From contig JAKUTX010000007.1 in NCBI GenBank assembly GCA_022447855.1, forward strand, positions 4,172 to 68,171: a stretch of DNA of 64,000 nt, written 5' to 3'. The DNA is from SAR202 cluster bacterium. Lineage in GTDB: Bacteria; Chloroflexota; Dehalococcoidia; Lucifugimonadales; UBA6927. The notes under the pieces are model-generated. The model was not told the DNA's origin. It worked only from the letters and a program-made list of their open reading frames with translations, and searched no databases. Positions within the stretch are counted from its first letter, which is position 1. Each line of letters starts with the position of its first letter. The translations under genes and the position numbers were made by a program. Positions 51,120 to 61,901 of this stretch are shown here, in pieces.

Positions 51120-51959
51120 TTAATGGGATATCAAAGAGAGTGCATTCTCAAAAAGTATTTCATTTTTCTGTGATTTTTTTAGGTTTGAATCATTCAGCTC
51201 GGTGATCAATTTTTGTGGATTGAGTAATGGCCAGTCTGATCCGAGCAAAATATGCTTTGAGGTAACTAGAGAACTGCCGGTTTCGAAAATTTTGTTTGAA
51301 TATAGTAACGGTGATGCTGCAGTGTCAAAGTAGACATTTTTAAGAGATTTTTCTACTTCAGGCATCAAAGAATAAAATGGCAATCCTCCTCCCCAATGAG
51401 CGCAAACTATTGGATTGTCTGGAAAATTGAGTATAAACTTCCATAATTTTTCAGGAAATGTCATACCTTTACCTGAGTACTTATGCCCTACTGGTTCTGA
51501 AGAATGAGTAGTAGTTATTAAATTATGTGTTAACGCAATTTCCATTATTGGAGCCATTGTTTTTTTATTCGCAATATTGAATTTTTGATAATCAGGATGA
51601 AGTTCTCCTATTCCACGCATTCCTTTCATTACACATCTTTCAATCTCTTTAGGTGAATTAATATGATCTTTAGGATTTATTGAGCAAAATCCTACAAGAC
51701 GTTCTGGAAAACGATCAATAGACTCTAAAATGTAATCATTCGAAAATTGTGCTAACTTTGAATCTTCCCATCCTATTCCCATTACAACTGATTTATTGAT
51801 TTGATTAATATCCATAGATTTGATTAATTCCTCTACTCCAAGTATTTTGGATTTCGGATTAGAATATAATTCTTTGAAAGTTGAATCTATCGCACAAAAT
51901 TTTTCTCTATTTTGTGCAATTTCATTTGGAAATATATGTGTGTGGAAATCAAAAATCAT
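51120..51959 (-). CDS. Amidohydrolase family protein (Amidohydro_2)
   Basis: DFHTH, GIGELHP, AHWGGG, FDTAA, GSDWP. Confidence 0.88.
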   Translation of the reverse strand: MIFDFHTHIFPNEIAQNREKFCAIDSTFKELYSNPKSKILGVEELIKSMDINQINKSVVMGIGWEDSKLAQFSNDYILESIDRFPERLVGFCSINPKDHINSPKEIERCVMKGMRGIGELHPDYQKFNIANKKTMAPIMEIALTHNLITTTHSSEPVGHKYSGKGMTFPEKLWKFILNFPDNPIVCAHWGGGLPFYSLMPEVEKSLKNVYFDTAASPLLYSNKIFETGSSLVTSKHILLGSDWPLLNPQKLITELNDSNLKKSQKNEILFENALSLISH

Positions 51960-52086
51960 TTTTATGCCTTTGTACGAGTGATTAATAGCTGGATTATAGT
52001 TTATTTTCGCTATTAAGAATTTTTAACAGCATTGAGAACGTAGATTTAATATAGAGAGCCGGGGCATATGTTAATATTTTGGACTG

Positions 52087-53139
52087 ATGGGAGATAGCAT
52101 GAAAGCAATATATATTGAGCATCACGGAGATATTGGAAATCTAATTTTTGGTGATTTTGAAGACCCTGTTTTTGGTTCAAATGAGGTTTTGATTAAAGTG
52201 AGGGCATCTTCAGTAAACAGGAGAGATATATTTACCAGAATGGGTGTAAAGGGAACAAAACTAGATTTCGACACACCTCAAATTTTGGGTGGAGATGCAT
52301 CTGGTGATGTTATTGATTTTGGAGAGGATGTTGCTGGAATAAGTATTAATGATCGTGTGGTCATTAATCCAATGCTTACATGTGATGCATGTAATTCATG
52401 CATCACGGGAAGGCCTGAATTATGTCCTAGCTATGGAATGTTGGGTACTAACAGAAATGGAAGTTATGCTGAATATTTATCAGTTCCTTCAAGGAATGTT
52501 CACAAAATTCCTGATAATGTTTCATATGAAAGTGCCGCGAGTTTACCAACCGTATTTTTACCTTGTTGGTCAATTTTCCTTAGGAGAGCGAATTTGAAAC
52601 CGAATGAAACAGCTCTGGTTCTTTCTGGTTCTGGTGGTGTTGGTACATCTGCAATTCAAGTAGCTAAAAATGTAGTTGGTGCTACTGTAATCACCACTAC
52701 AAGTTCTGACTCTAAAGCCGAATTGATTAAAAATTTGGGAGCGGATGAAGTAATAAATTACACATCTGAAGATGTGCATGCTAGAGTGATGGAAATTACT
52801 GATGGAAGAGGAGTTGATGTTGTATTGGATTCTGTGGGATCCGATTTTTGGGAAGATGCATTTAAGTCACTTGCTTTGGGAGGACGTTATGGGATTTGTG
52901 GAGTTACTACGGGTTATAAGGCCCAACTTCAAATGGGATTAATGTTTATGAAAAACCTTACAGTTTTTGGATCATTGATGGGTAGTAGAGAGGATCTTGA
53001 TGAAATTATTGAAGCTGCGTCAGATGGTTTGATATCACCCCTTATTGCTGAAACATTTCTATTAGACCAGGTGCCTGATGCCCATAAATTAATGGAAAGT
53101 ATGGCATTCACAGGAAAAATTGTTATAAGAATTTCATAA
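52087..53139 (+). CDS. Medium-chain dehydrogenase/reductase with structural Zn site
   Basis: CDACNSC..C, GSGGVG, GRGVDVV, GKIVI; catalytic-Zn Cys and GHE motif are replaced (VNRRD, GGD). Confidence 0.88.
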   Translation: MGDSMKAIYIEHHGDIGNLIFGDFEDPVFGSNEVLIKVRASSVNRRDIFTRMGVKGTKLDFDTPQILGGDASGDVIDFGEDVAGISINDRVVINPMLTCDACNSCITGRPELCPSYGMLGTNRNGSYAEYLSVPSRNVHKIPDNVSYESAASLPTVFLPCWSIFLRRANLKPNETALVLSGSGGVGTSAIQVAKNVVGATVITTTSSDSKAELIKNLGADEVINYTSEDVHARVMEITDGRGVDVVLDSVGSDFWEDAFKSLALGGRYGICGVTTGYKAQLQMGLMFMKNLTVFGSLMGSREDLDEIIEAASDGLISPLIAETFLLDQVPDAHKLMESMAFTGKIVIRIS

Positions 53140-53154
53140 ATTTTTGGAGTCAAG

Positions 53155-54159
53155 ATGAAAGCTACAGAAAAGTCTAGGATTGGTAGAACAGATTTATTTG
53201 TAACCAAATTGGGTTTGGGCGGAGCGCCTTTTGGTGGATTGCATGAAGATGTTCAAAGAACCAAAGCACTGGAATCTATTTTAAGTGCACTAGATTTGGG
53301 AATTGGGTATTTAGATACAGCACCACTTTACGGAGGTGGGAAAAGTGAGAGTTTTTTTGGAGAAGCTTTAAAAGGTATTGAACGAACTGATTATGTAATT
53401 TCTACAAAAGTTGGAAGGATTATTGAATCAGATTTTTCACATAATTCTGATGAATCATTAAATAGCTTTGTAAATATCCCCAATGTTCAAAGCATATACG
53501 ATTATTCAAGGGATGGAATTTTAAAATCTTTGGAAGATAGTTTGAAAAGACTTAATTTGGAATATGTAGATATGGCTCTGATCCATGATGCTGATAATCA
53601 TATGTATCAGGCTTTAAATGAAACAATTCCTGTATTGGAGGAATTGAGATCTGAAGGGGTCGTAAAAGCGATTGGTTGTGGTATGAATCACGTGGATCCA
53701 TTAATTCAATTTGCGCGGCATGGAGATTTTGATGTGTTTTTATTGGCAGGAAGATACACATTGCTTGACCAATCAGGATTTGAGGTTTTAATGCCTTTAT
53801 GTTTGGAAAAGGAAATCAGCATTGTTCTTGGTGGACCTTACAATAGTGGTTTGCTAGCTTCTGACTTGAGTGATCCATACGTTAGAACAAAATATTTTTA
53901 TGAAGATACTCCTCCTGAAGTACTTTCCAAAGCTAGATTAATTAAAGATGTTTGTGATAGATATTCTGTTCCATTAAAAGCTGCTGCATTGCAGTTTGGA
54001 TTTGGACATCCGTCGGTTGCATCGACGATTCCAGGTGCTAGGACATTAGAAGAAGTTACTGAGAATTTCAAAATGGCAGAGGTTCTAATACCACCAGAGC
54101 TGTGGATTGAATTAGTAGACCAAAAGTTGATGCCCAAAAATATTCCATTTCCCGTTTAA
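53155..54159 (+). CDS. Aldo/keto reductase, L-fucose/D-threo-aldose 1-dehydrogenase-like
   Basis: DTAPLYGGG, STKVGR, DYSRDG, IHD, LAGRYTLL, GGPYNSG. Confidence 0.85.
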   Translation: MKATEKSRIGRTDLFVTKLGLGGAPFGGLHEDVQRTKALESILSALDLGIGYLDTAPLYGGGKSESFFGEALKGIERTDYVISTKVGRIIESDFSHNSDESLNSFVNIPNVQSIYDYSRDGILKSLEDSLKRLNLEYVDMALIHDADNHMYQALNETIPVLEELRSEGVVKAIGCGMNHVDPLIQFARHGDFDVFLLAGRYTLLDQSGFEVLMPLCLEKEISIVLGGPYNSGLLASDLSDPYVRTKYFYEDTPPEVLSKARLIKDVCDRYSVPLKAAALQFGFGHPSVASTIPGARTLEEVTENFKMAEVLIPPELWIELVDQKLMPKNIPFPV

Positions 54160-54183
54160 AATTTGTTAGGAGAAAACTTTATC

Positions 54184-54537
54184 ATGAAATACTTTGCGAT
54201 GACTTTGAACTTGAAAAATGATGAAAAATTAATTTCTGAATACAAATCATTTCATCGTAATGTTTGGCCAGAAGTTCTTGAGGCCCTTAAGAACATTGGT
54301 ATTATAGACATGAAGATATTTTTGAGCGGTACAAAATTATTTATGTATATAGAAACAATTGATACTTTCTGCCCAGAAGTTAATTTTCAGGAATATACTG
54401 CCAGCTCTCCAAAAGCTAATGAATGGGACGAGTTAATGAGAAATTTCCAAACTCGTGTTCCTGAAGCTAAGGAAGGAGAATGGTGGTCTTCTATGGAAGA
54501 GGTATTTAATTTGAAATGGGGGGAAAATGCAAGCTAA
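54184..54537 (+). CDS. L-rhamnose/L-fucose mutarotase (RhaM/DUF718 family)
   Basis: YKSFHRNVWPEV, W..LM..FQ, MEEVF; GGAG RBS. Confidence 0.88.
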   Translation: MKYFAMTLNLKNDEKLISEYKSFHRNVWPEVLEALKNIGIIDMKIFLSGTKLFMYIETIDTFCPEVNFQEYTASSPKANEWDELMRNFQTRVPEAKEGEWWSSMEEVFNLKWGENAS

Positions 54538-55408
54538 TAATTTCATAGGGATTGATAGTCATCAACACTTTTGGGATATTGGGAAATTTTCTTATCCTTG
54601 GATGTCAGGTGTGCCACAATTAAAGAGAAATTTTCTTCCACAGGATTTGAAACCTCATTTAGACTCATGTGGAATTAATAAATCAATTATAGTTCAGGCA
54701 GATACTTCAGTTGAAGAAACAATATGGCTTTTGGAAATTGCAGATAATCATGATTTTATTGCCGGAGTAGTTGGTTGGGTTGATTTGGAGTCTGATGATG
54801 TCGAATATGTTGTTGAAAAATTAAGTTCCAATTCAAAGCTTATTGGAATTCGACATTTAGTTCATGATGAAATTGAAAATGATTGGATTTTACGACCAAA
54901 AGTTATCAGAGGATTGAAGGTTTTAGCATCGGTGGGATTATCTTATGACTTATTGGTACGACCAGTACATCTCAAATTTATTCCTGAATTAATGGAATTA
55001 GTTCCAGATTTAAGGGCTGTGGTGGACCATATTGCCAAGCCAAATATATTTAAACATGAAATTGAGTCATGGGAATCAGATTTAGAAGAAGTCGCGAAAA
55101 TTGATGGGATATATTGTAAATTTTCAGGCATGGTAACCGAAGCAGATTATTCAGAATGGTCTTCTTTCCAGGATCAAAATGAGTTAATAGATGAAATTTC
55201 TCGACATATAGCACCGTATGCCCAAATAGTAAAAAAATTGTTTGGTATTGATCGATTAATTTGGGGTAGTGATTGGCCGGTTTGTACTCTTGCAGTTCCT
55301 TACGAAGTGGTCTATTCTGCTGCATTAAAGTCTTTAGGCAATTTAAATCAGCAAGAAAAAAAATCACTTTTGTCTGGTAATGCTATGAATTTTTACAGAC
55401 TTAGTTGA
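54527..55408 (+). CDS. Amidohydrolase, L-fucono-lactonase-like
   Basis: IDSHQHFW, VQA, GVVGWVDL, DHIAKP, KFSGMVTEA, WGSDWPVC. Confidence 0.85.
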   Translation: MQANNFIGIDSHQHFWDIGKFSYPWMSGVPQLKRNFLPQDLKPHLDSCGINKSIIVQADTSVEETIWLLEIADNHDFIAGVVGWVDLESDDVEYVVEKLSSNSKLIGIRHLVHDEIENDWILRPKVIRGLKVLASVGLSYDLLVRPVHLKFIPELMELVPDLRAVVDHIAKPNIFKHEIESWESDLEEVAKIDGIYCKFSGMVTEADYSEWSSFQDQNELIDEISRHIAPYAQIVKKLFGIDRLIWGSDWPVCTLAVPYEVVYSAALKSLGNLNQQEKKSLLSGNAMNFYRLS

Positions 55409-55417
55409 AAGCAGTTC

Positions 55418-56725
55418 TTAAAGCATTGGAAGGTATCGATCAATTTCGTACTTAGATACTTGGGATCGATAATTTTCCCATTCTATTTTTTTGTTTTCAA
55501 TAAAGCTATTGAAAGTAGGTTCTCCTAATGCTTTTTTTAGTAGGGAGCTATTTTCGGAAACTGTAAGTGCTTCCCAAAGGCTATCAGGCAATCGATTCTT
55601 GTTTGATAGATCGTTTGAATTTGGAAGTTCGTATTTTTTCTCAATCCCCTCAAGTCCAGCTGCGAGCATGACTGCGAATGTCAAATATGGATTGCATGCT
55701 GAATCTGGTGCACGGTATTCGATTCTACGCGATTGTTCTCTACCAATTACAAACTCCGGAACTCTAATTAAATGAGACTTGTTTACGGTGGCCCAGGAAA
55801 TTTCCGTAGGGGCTTCAAAGTTTGGAACCAGTCTTTTATATGAATTGACCCATTGATTGGTCACGGCAGTTATTTCTCTTGCATGTGTGAGTAAACCTGC
55901 GATGAAGTGTTTGGCAGTTGACGATAAATGGTCAGTGCTATTCTCATCGAAAAACACATTAGAATCTCCAGAGAATAATGATTGGTGTGTATGCATGCCA
56001 CTCCCGTTTTGATCAGTGATTGGTTTAGGCATAAAGGTTGCATAATATCCGTGTTTAATTGCAATTTCTTTGACCAAATGTCTATATGTCATTACAGTGT
56101 CCGCCATGGTTAAAGCATCTGTATGTCGAAGGGCGATTTCTTGTTGGCTACTTGCAACCTCGTGGTGGCTTGATTCAACAGGGATGCCCAATTCCTCGAG
56201 CATAAGTACAGTTTCTCGTCTTAATTCAGTGGAAATTTCCATTGTGTCTTGGTCAAAATAACCGCCAGTGTCTATAGGCTCTACTCCAGTGGAGTCTTTG
56301 AAATAAAAATATTCTATTTCTGGAGCTACGTAGTAAGTGAACCCTAAATTTGATGCCCTTTCTAAGTTTTTGGTGAGTATCATTCTTGGATCTCCATCAA
56401 AAGGATCACCGTCTGGGGTATATAAGTTACAAAACATTCGTGCAACTGAGTTTGTACGAGGGCGCCAAGGTAATATTGCGAATGTGTGAGGGTCTGGAAC
56501 AGCATATAGGTCACTCTCACCAAAGTTTGCTCGAGCAAATCCCTGAATAGAAGAGGCGTCAAATCCCATTCCTCTGGATAAAGAATCTTCTAATTCTGCT
56601 TCAGTAATAGCGAACCCTTTTAGATTTCCAAGTATGTCGCTGAACCAAAGTCTTATGAATTTGACGTCATTGTCCCGTGCTTGACGTAGAACGTATTCTA
56701 TTGCTTTTTGATCTTGATTATTCAT
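55418..56725 (-). CDS. glnA: Glutamine synthetase type I family protein
   Basis: FDASSIQGF, PEIEY, HHEVA, TFMPKP, NGSGMHTH, NSYKRL, IEYRAPD. Confidence 0.85.
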   Translation of the reverse strand: MNNQDQKAIEYVLRQARDNDVKFIRLWFSDILGNLKGFAITEAELEDSLSRGMGFDASSIQGFARANFGESDLYAVPDPHTFAILPWRPRTNSVARMFCNLYTPDGDPFDGDPRMILTKNLERASNLGFTYYVAPEIEYFYFKDSTGVEPIDTGGYFDQDTMEISTELRRETVLMLEELGIPVESSHHEVASSQQEIALRHTDALTMADTVMTYRHLVKEIAIKHGYYATFMPKPITDQNGSGMHTHQSLFSGDSNVFFDENSTDHLSSTAKHFIAGLLTHAREITAVTNQWVNSYKRLVPNFEAPTEISWATVNKSHLIRVPEFVIGREQSRRIEYRAPDSACNPYLTFAVMLAAGLEGIEKKYELPNSNDLSNKNRLPDSLWEALTVSENSSLLKKALGEPTFNSFIENKKIEWENYRSQVSKYEIDRYLPML

Positions 56726-56883
56726 TATTTATCCGAATGTGTCGTACATTATACAGTTTTGGGAATATAGCAGTTAGTTGAGTGTCTTTCAACTATATTA
56801 GTTTTGCCGGATTTTGGTATATTTTGTAACGGGTGGCTTTTAAAGGATTATATTTTTGAGATTTATTGCTGCTGGAGAAATAA

Positions 56884-57585
56884 ATGGAATTAAAAAATTT
56901 CATTGAAAATATTTTAGGGATTAATGTAAATAATATCGCGTATTACGAAACCGCGTTTAGGCATAAATCTTATATTAATGAGCAAGAAAATAGCACTTTA
57001 GATTCCTATGAAAGATTAGAGTTTCTAGGGGATGCGATTTTGGATGCTAGTACAGCCCAATGGTTGTTTTCGAAATTCCCTCAAGCTAATGAAGGTAGAT
57101 TGACAGCTTATCGTAGTTCTTTGGTTAATACATCGACTTTGTCTCAAGTTTCTGAAACCTTGGGGCTTGCTGAATATCTATCTCTGGGTAAGGGTGCAGA
57201 ATTGAGCAATGCTAGAGAAAGTGAATCGCTAAATGCTGCTTTGTTTGAGGCGCTTATTGGAGCTATATTTTTAGATATTGGATATGAAAAAGCTCGGGAA
57301 TTTTCAATTGATAATCTTAGAGATTTTATTGAAAGTTTACCTATTCTAGAATCGCCAAAAACCTTTAAGTCTTTGCTTCACGAATTAATCCAACAACACC
57401 CACAATACAGTTTGCCTGAATATCGTTTAATTGAAAGATTAGGAAGTGATAATGCTCCAATATTTACTGTTGAAGTGCTAATAAATGATGAAGTTTTAGG
57501 CAAAGGTAAGGGGGGCAGGATTGCTCTTGCAGAGCAGAATGCTGCTGAGCAAGCATTGGTGAAACTTAAGGAATTGTTTAACTGA
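56884..57585 (+). CDS. rnc: Ribonuclease III
   Basis: HKSY, ERLEFLGDAIL, FEALIGAIFLD, C-terminal dsRBD (AEQNAA). Confidence 0.96.
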   Translation: MELKNFIENILGINVNNIAYYETAFRHKSYINEQENSTLDSYERLEFLGDAILDASTAQWLFSKFPQANEGRLTAYRSSLVNTSTLSQVSETLGLAEYLSLGKGAELSNARESESLNAALFEALIGAIFLDIGYEKAREFSIDNLRDFIESLPILESPKTFKSLLHELIQQHPQYSLPEYRLIERLGSDNAPIFTVEVLINDEVLGKGKGGRIALAEQNAAEQALVKLKELFN

Positions 57586-58399
57586 TCTTTGTCGCATCTG
57601 GATTGTAGCGAGCCCAAAAGAATAGCCACGGTGGAGCTATAGTTATGAAGTGGTACCAAGTGCCTGGGTCTGCTGGTTCTGTCATATCTCCTATATGTTC
57701 ATCTAATCGAAGTATAACGAATCCTTCAGAAGCAATTGTGTTGATAACTGTGGGTAGTATATGACGGAATTCTTTTGGACCGGGGAGAGAAATTGTGGTT
57801 CCGTCTTCTGATTCAAAGGTCCAGGTATTATTATCTTCGATGGGTTCTCCTGAAACTTGTCCTCCGTCAATATACGGTTTATTAAAGATATAGCCCTCTC
57901 CATTCCATGTTCCTTCATGGCTCCCAGCGGTTAGTGGGTGGGCACACATATAGAAGTAGATTCCATTTGGTTTAATTACTCTTGCCGCTCCTTTGATTGA
58001 TGGTCTTGGGTCGGGAGTAAAATTTACTGAATATGGATGGTAAACAACATCAAAGTGGTTGTCGGGAAGGAATGAAATATCTCTCATGTCAGATTGAATT
58101 GTTTCAATATTTAGTTTGTAGTGTGATGCAACTTCGTGGTCTCTACTTAATTGTGTTTCTGACAAATCTATAACAGTAACGTTTGCACCAAGTAGACCAA
58201 AAGCGGCGCTTTGTTGTCCACCTCCGCCAGCTAATAATAAAACGTTTTTATTCTTTAAATCTCCTAAAAGATTGTATGGGTCTATTAATTCGCGAGCGGA
58301 TTTTGGGTTTAAGTCTAAATAAGGCCTAGAATATCGGATTCTTTGTGCCGCTAAGTCGTTCCATCTTGCTTGATTAAATTTTCCGATTCCGTCTACCAT
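57578..58399 (-). CDS. Class I SAM-dependent methyltransferase
   Basis: VLLLAGGGGQQS, VIDLS, SDM, FDVV, RVIKPNG; 8-nt convergent overlap with rnc. Confidence 0.85.
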   Translation of the reverse strand: MVDGIGKFNQARWNDLAAQRIRYSRPYLDLNPKSARELIDPYNLLGDLKNKNVLLLAGGGGQQSAAFGLLGANVTVIDLSETQLSRDHEVASHYKLNIETIQSDMRDISFLPDNHFDVVYHPYSVNFTPDPRPSIKGAARVIKPNGIYFYMCAHPLTAGSHEGTWNGEGYIFNKPYIDGGQVSGEPIEDNNTWTFESEDGTTISLPGPKEFRHILPTVINTIASEGFVILRLDEHIGDMTEPADPGTWYHFITIAPPWLFFWARYNPDATKIS

Positions 58400-58409
58400 T
58401 TTTGTCCTT

Positions 58410-59657
58410 TTATGGAGCATTAATTCCTGGTACAGGGAATTTTTCTGCTAGATTGGATACCTCAGATTTAACGTTATTTGAAATTTCATTATTGCCAGGA
58501 TTTTTGAGGGTCTTGAGGATTAATTCTCCGATAAGACTAGCTTCTTTCCCTCCCATTCCTCGACTGGTTATTGCAGCAGTTCCTAGCCTGATACCACTTC
58601 CAGTTCCTGGAGGGTTTTGGTCGTAAGGAATTGTATTTCTGTTAGCAACAATATTGACTTCACCTAATGAAATCTCTGCGTCTTTTCCGTTCAAACCGAT
58701 TGAAGTTAAATCCACAAGAACCATGTGATTGTCTGTTCCTCCAGAGACCAATCTTAATCCGCCTTTATTCAGTACTTCAGCTAATGCTTGAGCATTAGAA
58801 CGAATAGTAGATTGATACAACTTAAATTTTTTATCTTGAGCCTCTCCGAATGCTACAGCTTTTGCTGCTATTATGTGCTCCATTGGTCCACCTTGCATAT
58901 TTGGGAAAACGGCTCGGTCAACTGATCGGGCTAGTTTTTTCTCGCATAAAATCATGCCACCACGTGGTCCTCTTAAAGTTTTGTGAGTGGTAGTGGTGAC
59001 AATTTGTGCATGAGGAACTGGGGATGGATGTTCGCCTGCTGCCACTAAACCAGAAATATGTGCCATATCAATCATTAGAATTGCTTCAATGGAATCGGCT
59101 ATTTTTCTTAGTCGGGGGAAATCTATTGTTCTAGTATATGCGCTTGCGCCAGCAACCAAGATTTTAGGATTATGTTCTTTTGCAATTTTTTCAACATTTT
59201 CATAGTCAATAGTTTCGGTTTTCCGATCTACGCCATAGGATACAATTTTGTATAATTTCGAGGAAAAATTTACAGGCGATCCATGTGTTAAATGTCCTCC
59301 GTGGTCAAGACTCATACCCATAATTGTATCTCCCGGAGAGATGGTCGCAAAATATGCAGCCATATTCGCTTGGGCTCCACTGTGAGGTTGAACATTCGCA
59401 TGATCGGCGCCAAAAATATCCTTTGCTCTTTGAATAGCTATGCTTTCAGCTACGTCCACAAATTCGCATCCACCATAATATCTTCTTCCAGGGTATCCTT
59501 CGGCATATTTATTGGTCATTACAGAGCCCTGGGCTTCTAATACTGCCTCACTTGCATAATTCTCAGAGGCGATTAAGTTAATTTGATTAATTTGCCTAGC
59601 TTTTTCATTTTGGATAGCTTCAGCTATTTCAGGGTCTTGGTTAATTAGTGATCCCAT
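58410..59657 (-). CDS. glyA: Serine hydroxymethyltransferase
   Basis: [42 protein letters not shown]. Confidence 0.98.
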   Translation of the reverse strand: MGSLINQDPEIAEAIQNEKARQINQINLIASENYASEAVLEAQGSVMTNKYAEGYPGRRYYGGCEFVDVAESIAIQRAKDIFGADHANVQPHSGAQANMAAYFATISPGDTIMGMSLDHGGHLTHGSPVNFSSKLYKIVSYGVDRKTETIDYENVEKIAKEHNPKILVAGASAYTRTIDFPRLRKIADSIEAILMIDMAHISGLVAAGEHPSPVPHAQIVTTTTHKTLRGPRGGMILCEKKLARSVDRAVFPNMQGGPMEHIIAAKAVAFGEAQDKKFKLYQSTIRSNAQALAEVLNKGGLRLVSGGTDNHMVLVDLTSIGLNGKDAEISLGEVNIVANRNTIPYDQNPPGTGSGIRLGTAAITSRGMGGKEASLIGELILKTLKNPGNNEISNNVKSEVSNLAEKFPVPGINAP

Positions 59658-59791
59658 TGTTTCTCCTGTTTTAAGAAATAATACTTCGAAATTTAATCAA
59701 TCAAAAACATTTCTTGAACATGTGATTAAATCTTAAGTAATGATAGACTAATATAACGTAAGTGACTACTAATGCTTTAAGAGGTTTGGAC

Positions 59792-60847
59792 ATGAGAGAA
59801 GGTGTTTTGGAGCGGTACAGGCAATATTTGCCAATCACCGATGCAACTCCAATATTCACATTGGGAGAAGGTTCCACTCCTTTAGTCAAATCTCGCAAGA
59901 TTGGTGAAAGAATCGGTTGTGATCAACTGTATTTTAAATTAGAAGGATGTAATCCAACTGGATCCTTTAAAGATCGAGGCATGGTGGTAGCAGTAGCAAA
60001 GGCGATTGAATCTGGAGCTGAACAGATTGCGTGCGCTTCTACTGGTAATACTAGTGCATCTGCTGCTGCTTACGGTTCATATTATGGACTTTCCACAATT
60101 GTGTTTGTTCCTAAAGGTAATATTGCTAAAGGGAAACTTGCTCAGGCAGTTGCATATGGTGCAAGGATTATGGCAATAGATGGCAGTTTTGATGATGCTC
60201 TTAGTATTGTCAGATCAGTCACGGAAAAGCACCCAATTGCTCTGATCAATTCAATTAATCCTAATAGGGTACAAGGACAAAAGACTGCTGCCTTCGAAAT
60301 TATTGAGGATTTGGGAGACTCACCTGACGAAATATATATTCCTGTTGGAAACGCAGGGAATATAACTGCATATTGGTTGGGTTTTACTGAGGCATTCAAT
60401 ATGGAATGGATTAACAAGCGTCCTCGTATGATGGGCTTTCAGGCAGAAGGAGCGGCTCCTATTGTTCAAGGTGAACCAGTTTCTAATCCTGAAACTATTG
60501 CGACGGCAATTAGAGTAGGTCGTCCAGCTAGTTGGAGTGGGGCGGTAAATGCCAGGGATGAGAGCCAAGGAGCAATAGAATCTGTTTCAGACGATGAGAT
60601 TATGGAAGCATATAAAATGGTCGCGCGAGAAGAAGGTGTATTTTGTGAACCTGCTTCTGCTGCATCAATTGCAGGTTTATTGAAGTCAAAACGTAACGGG
60701 GTTAATTTCAATGATAAGAAAGTAGTTTGTATTCTTACTGGAAATGGATTAAAAGATCCTGATCTTGCTGGACAATTAGATCCGTTAGAGATGCAAGAAT
60801 TTTCTGCTAATTTGTCTGATGTCGAACGCGGTCTCAAGTTAAGTTAA
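59792..60847 (+). CDS. thrC: Threonine synthase
   Basis: NPTGSFKDRG, CASTGNTSAS, PVGNAGN, EPASAA, TGNGLKDP. Confidence 0.93.
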   Translation: MREGVLERYRQYLPITDATPIFTLGEGSTPLVKSRKIGERIGCDQLYFKLEGCNPTGSFKDRGMVVAVAKAIESGAEQIACASTGNTSASAAAYGSYYGLSTIVFVPKGNIAKGKLAQAVAYGARIMAIDGSFDDALSIVRSVTEKHPIALINSINPNRVQGQKTAAFEIIEDLGDSPDEIYIPVGNAGNITAYWLGFTEAFNMEWINKRPRMMGFQAEGAAPIVQGEPVSNPETIATAIRVGRPASWSGAVNARDESQGAIESVSDDEIMEAYKMVAREEGVFCEPASAASIAGLLKSKRNGVNFNDKKVVCILTGNGLKDPDLAGQLDPLEMQEFSANLSDVERGLKLS

Positions 60848-60882
60848 TCAGATGATATATTTTTCCATTCGGTGTAATTAAT

Positions 60883-61866
60883 ATGGTGGCTTCGATTTCG
60901 ATTCAGGAGATTGATTTTAATAATGCAAATGCTGTTTGGGATGACATTATGTCAAGAACGACTGAAACGTCAATTTTCCAGACTTTCCGATGGCAAAAAT
61001 TGTGGTTGGAACATTTTCGCCAAGATGCTAGTTTGATTGTCTTGCAGCTTGAAAAAGAAAATTCTCCTATAGGTATTGCCCCAATGATGGTATCTAATAA
61101 GAAACTTTCATTTATAGGAAGTACTGATGTGTTTGATTATAGGGATTTTATTGGAGCACATCATTTAGATTTGAATGATTTTGATGCGATTGTTGAAAGA
61201 TTAAAAGATTGGGATTGGGATGAAATCAATTTACAATCAATTCCTGAAGATTCCCCAACATACTCAATTTTGCCAGGATTGTTGGAATCATTAGGAATGG
61301 CAGTGGTTGTGAAGGAGGAGGATGTTGCGCCGATATCAATTTTGCAATCCGATTGGGATGGATATGTGTCGGAACTGCCTCGTAAGTATAGGCACGAGTT
61401 AAGAAGAAAAATCAGAAGAATTGAAAGATCATATGATGTGGTTGAACAAGAAATTGTCTCAGAAGATCACTCAGATGAAGATACAGATGAATTCTTAGAG
61501 CTTATGAAATCAAGCAGTTCAGAAAAACTAGAATTCCTTACGCCTGCCAGGGAACAGTTTTTCCGTGAAATGGTTAAACTTTTTTCTGCATCTGGAGACC
61601 TGAAAATGCATTTTCTGAAACTGGATGGCAACAGAGTTGCAAGTTGTATAGCATTTGATTATGGGTCAAAGTATCTTTTGTATAACAGTGGATTTAATCC
61701 AAGCTATTATTCAGATAGTGTTGGCTTGATCAACAAGGCATATTGTATACGGCAAGCCATTAATGATGGTAGACAGACATTTGATTTTTTACGTGGGGCT
61801 GAACGTTATAAATATGATTTGGGTGCTGAGAATCGTTCTTTGTTTGAGATTGTTGCTCGAAGATAA
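60883..61866 (+). CDS. GNAT-fold protein (CelD/BcsL, Acetyltransf_6 family)
   Basis: FQTFRW, DY, RHELRRKIRR, YNSGF, FDFLRGAERYKY. Confidence 0.85.
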   Translation: MVASISIQEIDFNNANAVWDDIMSRTTETSIFQTFRWQKLWLEHFRQDASLIVLQLEKENSPIGIAPMMVSNKKLSFIGSTDVFDYRDFIGAHHLDLNDFDAIVERLKDWDWDEINLQSIPEDSPTYSILPGLLESLGMAVVVKEEDVAPISILQSDWDGYVSELPRKYRHELRRKIRRIERSYDVVEQEIVSEDHSDEDTDEFLELMKSSSSEKLEFLTPAREQFFREMVKLFSASGDLKMHFLKLDGNRVASCIAFDYGSKYLLYNSGFNPSYYSDSVGLINKAYCIRQAINDGRQTFDFLRGAERYKYDLGAENRSLFEIVARR

Positions 61867-61901
61867 AGAACCTAATCTATTAAATTAGGATGAAATGATT
61901 C

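Noticed and set aside
59658-59791. ZTP or glycine riboswitch between glyA and thrC
   Set aside because: Short AT-rich divergent promoter region with no recognisable aptamer
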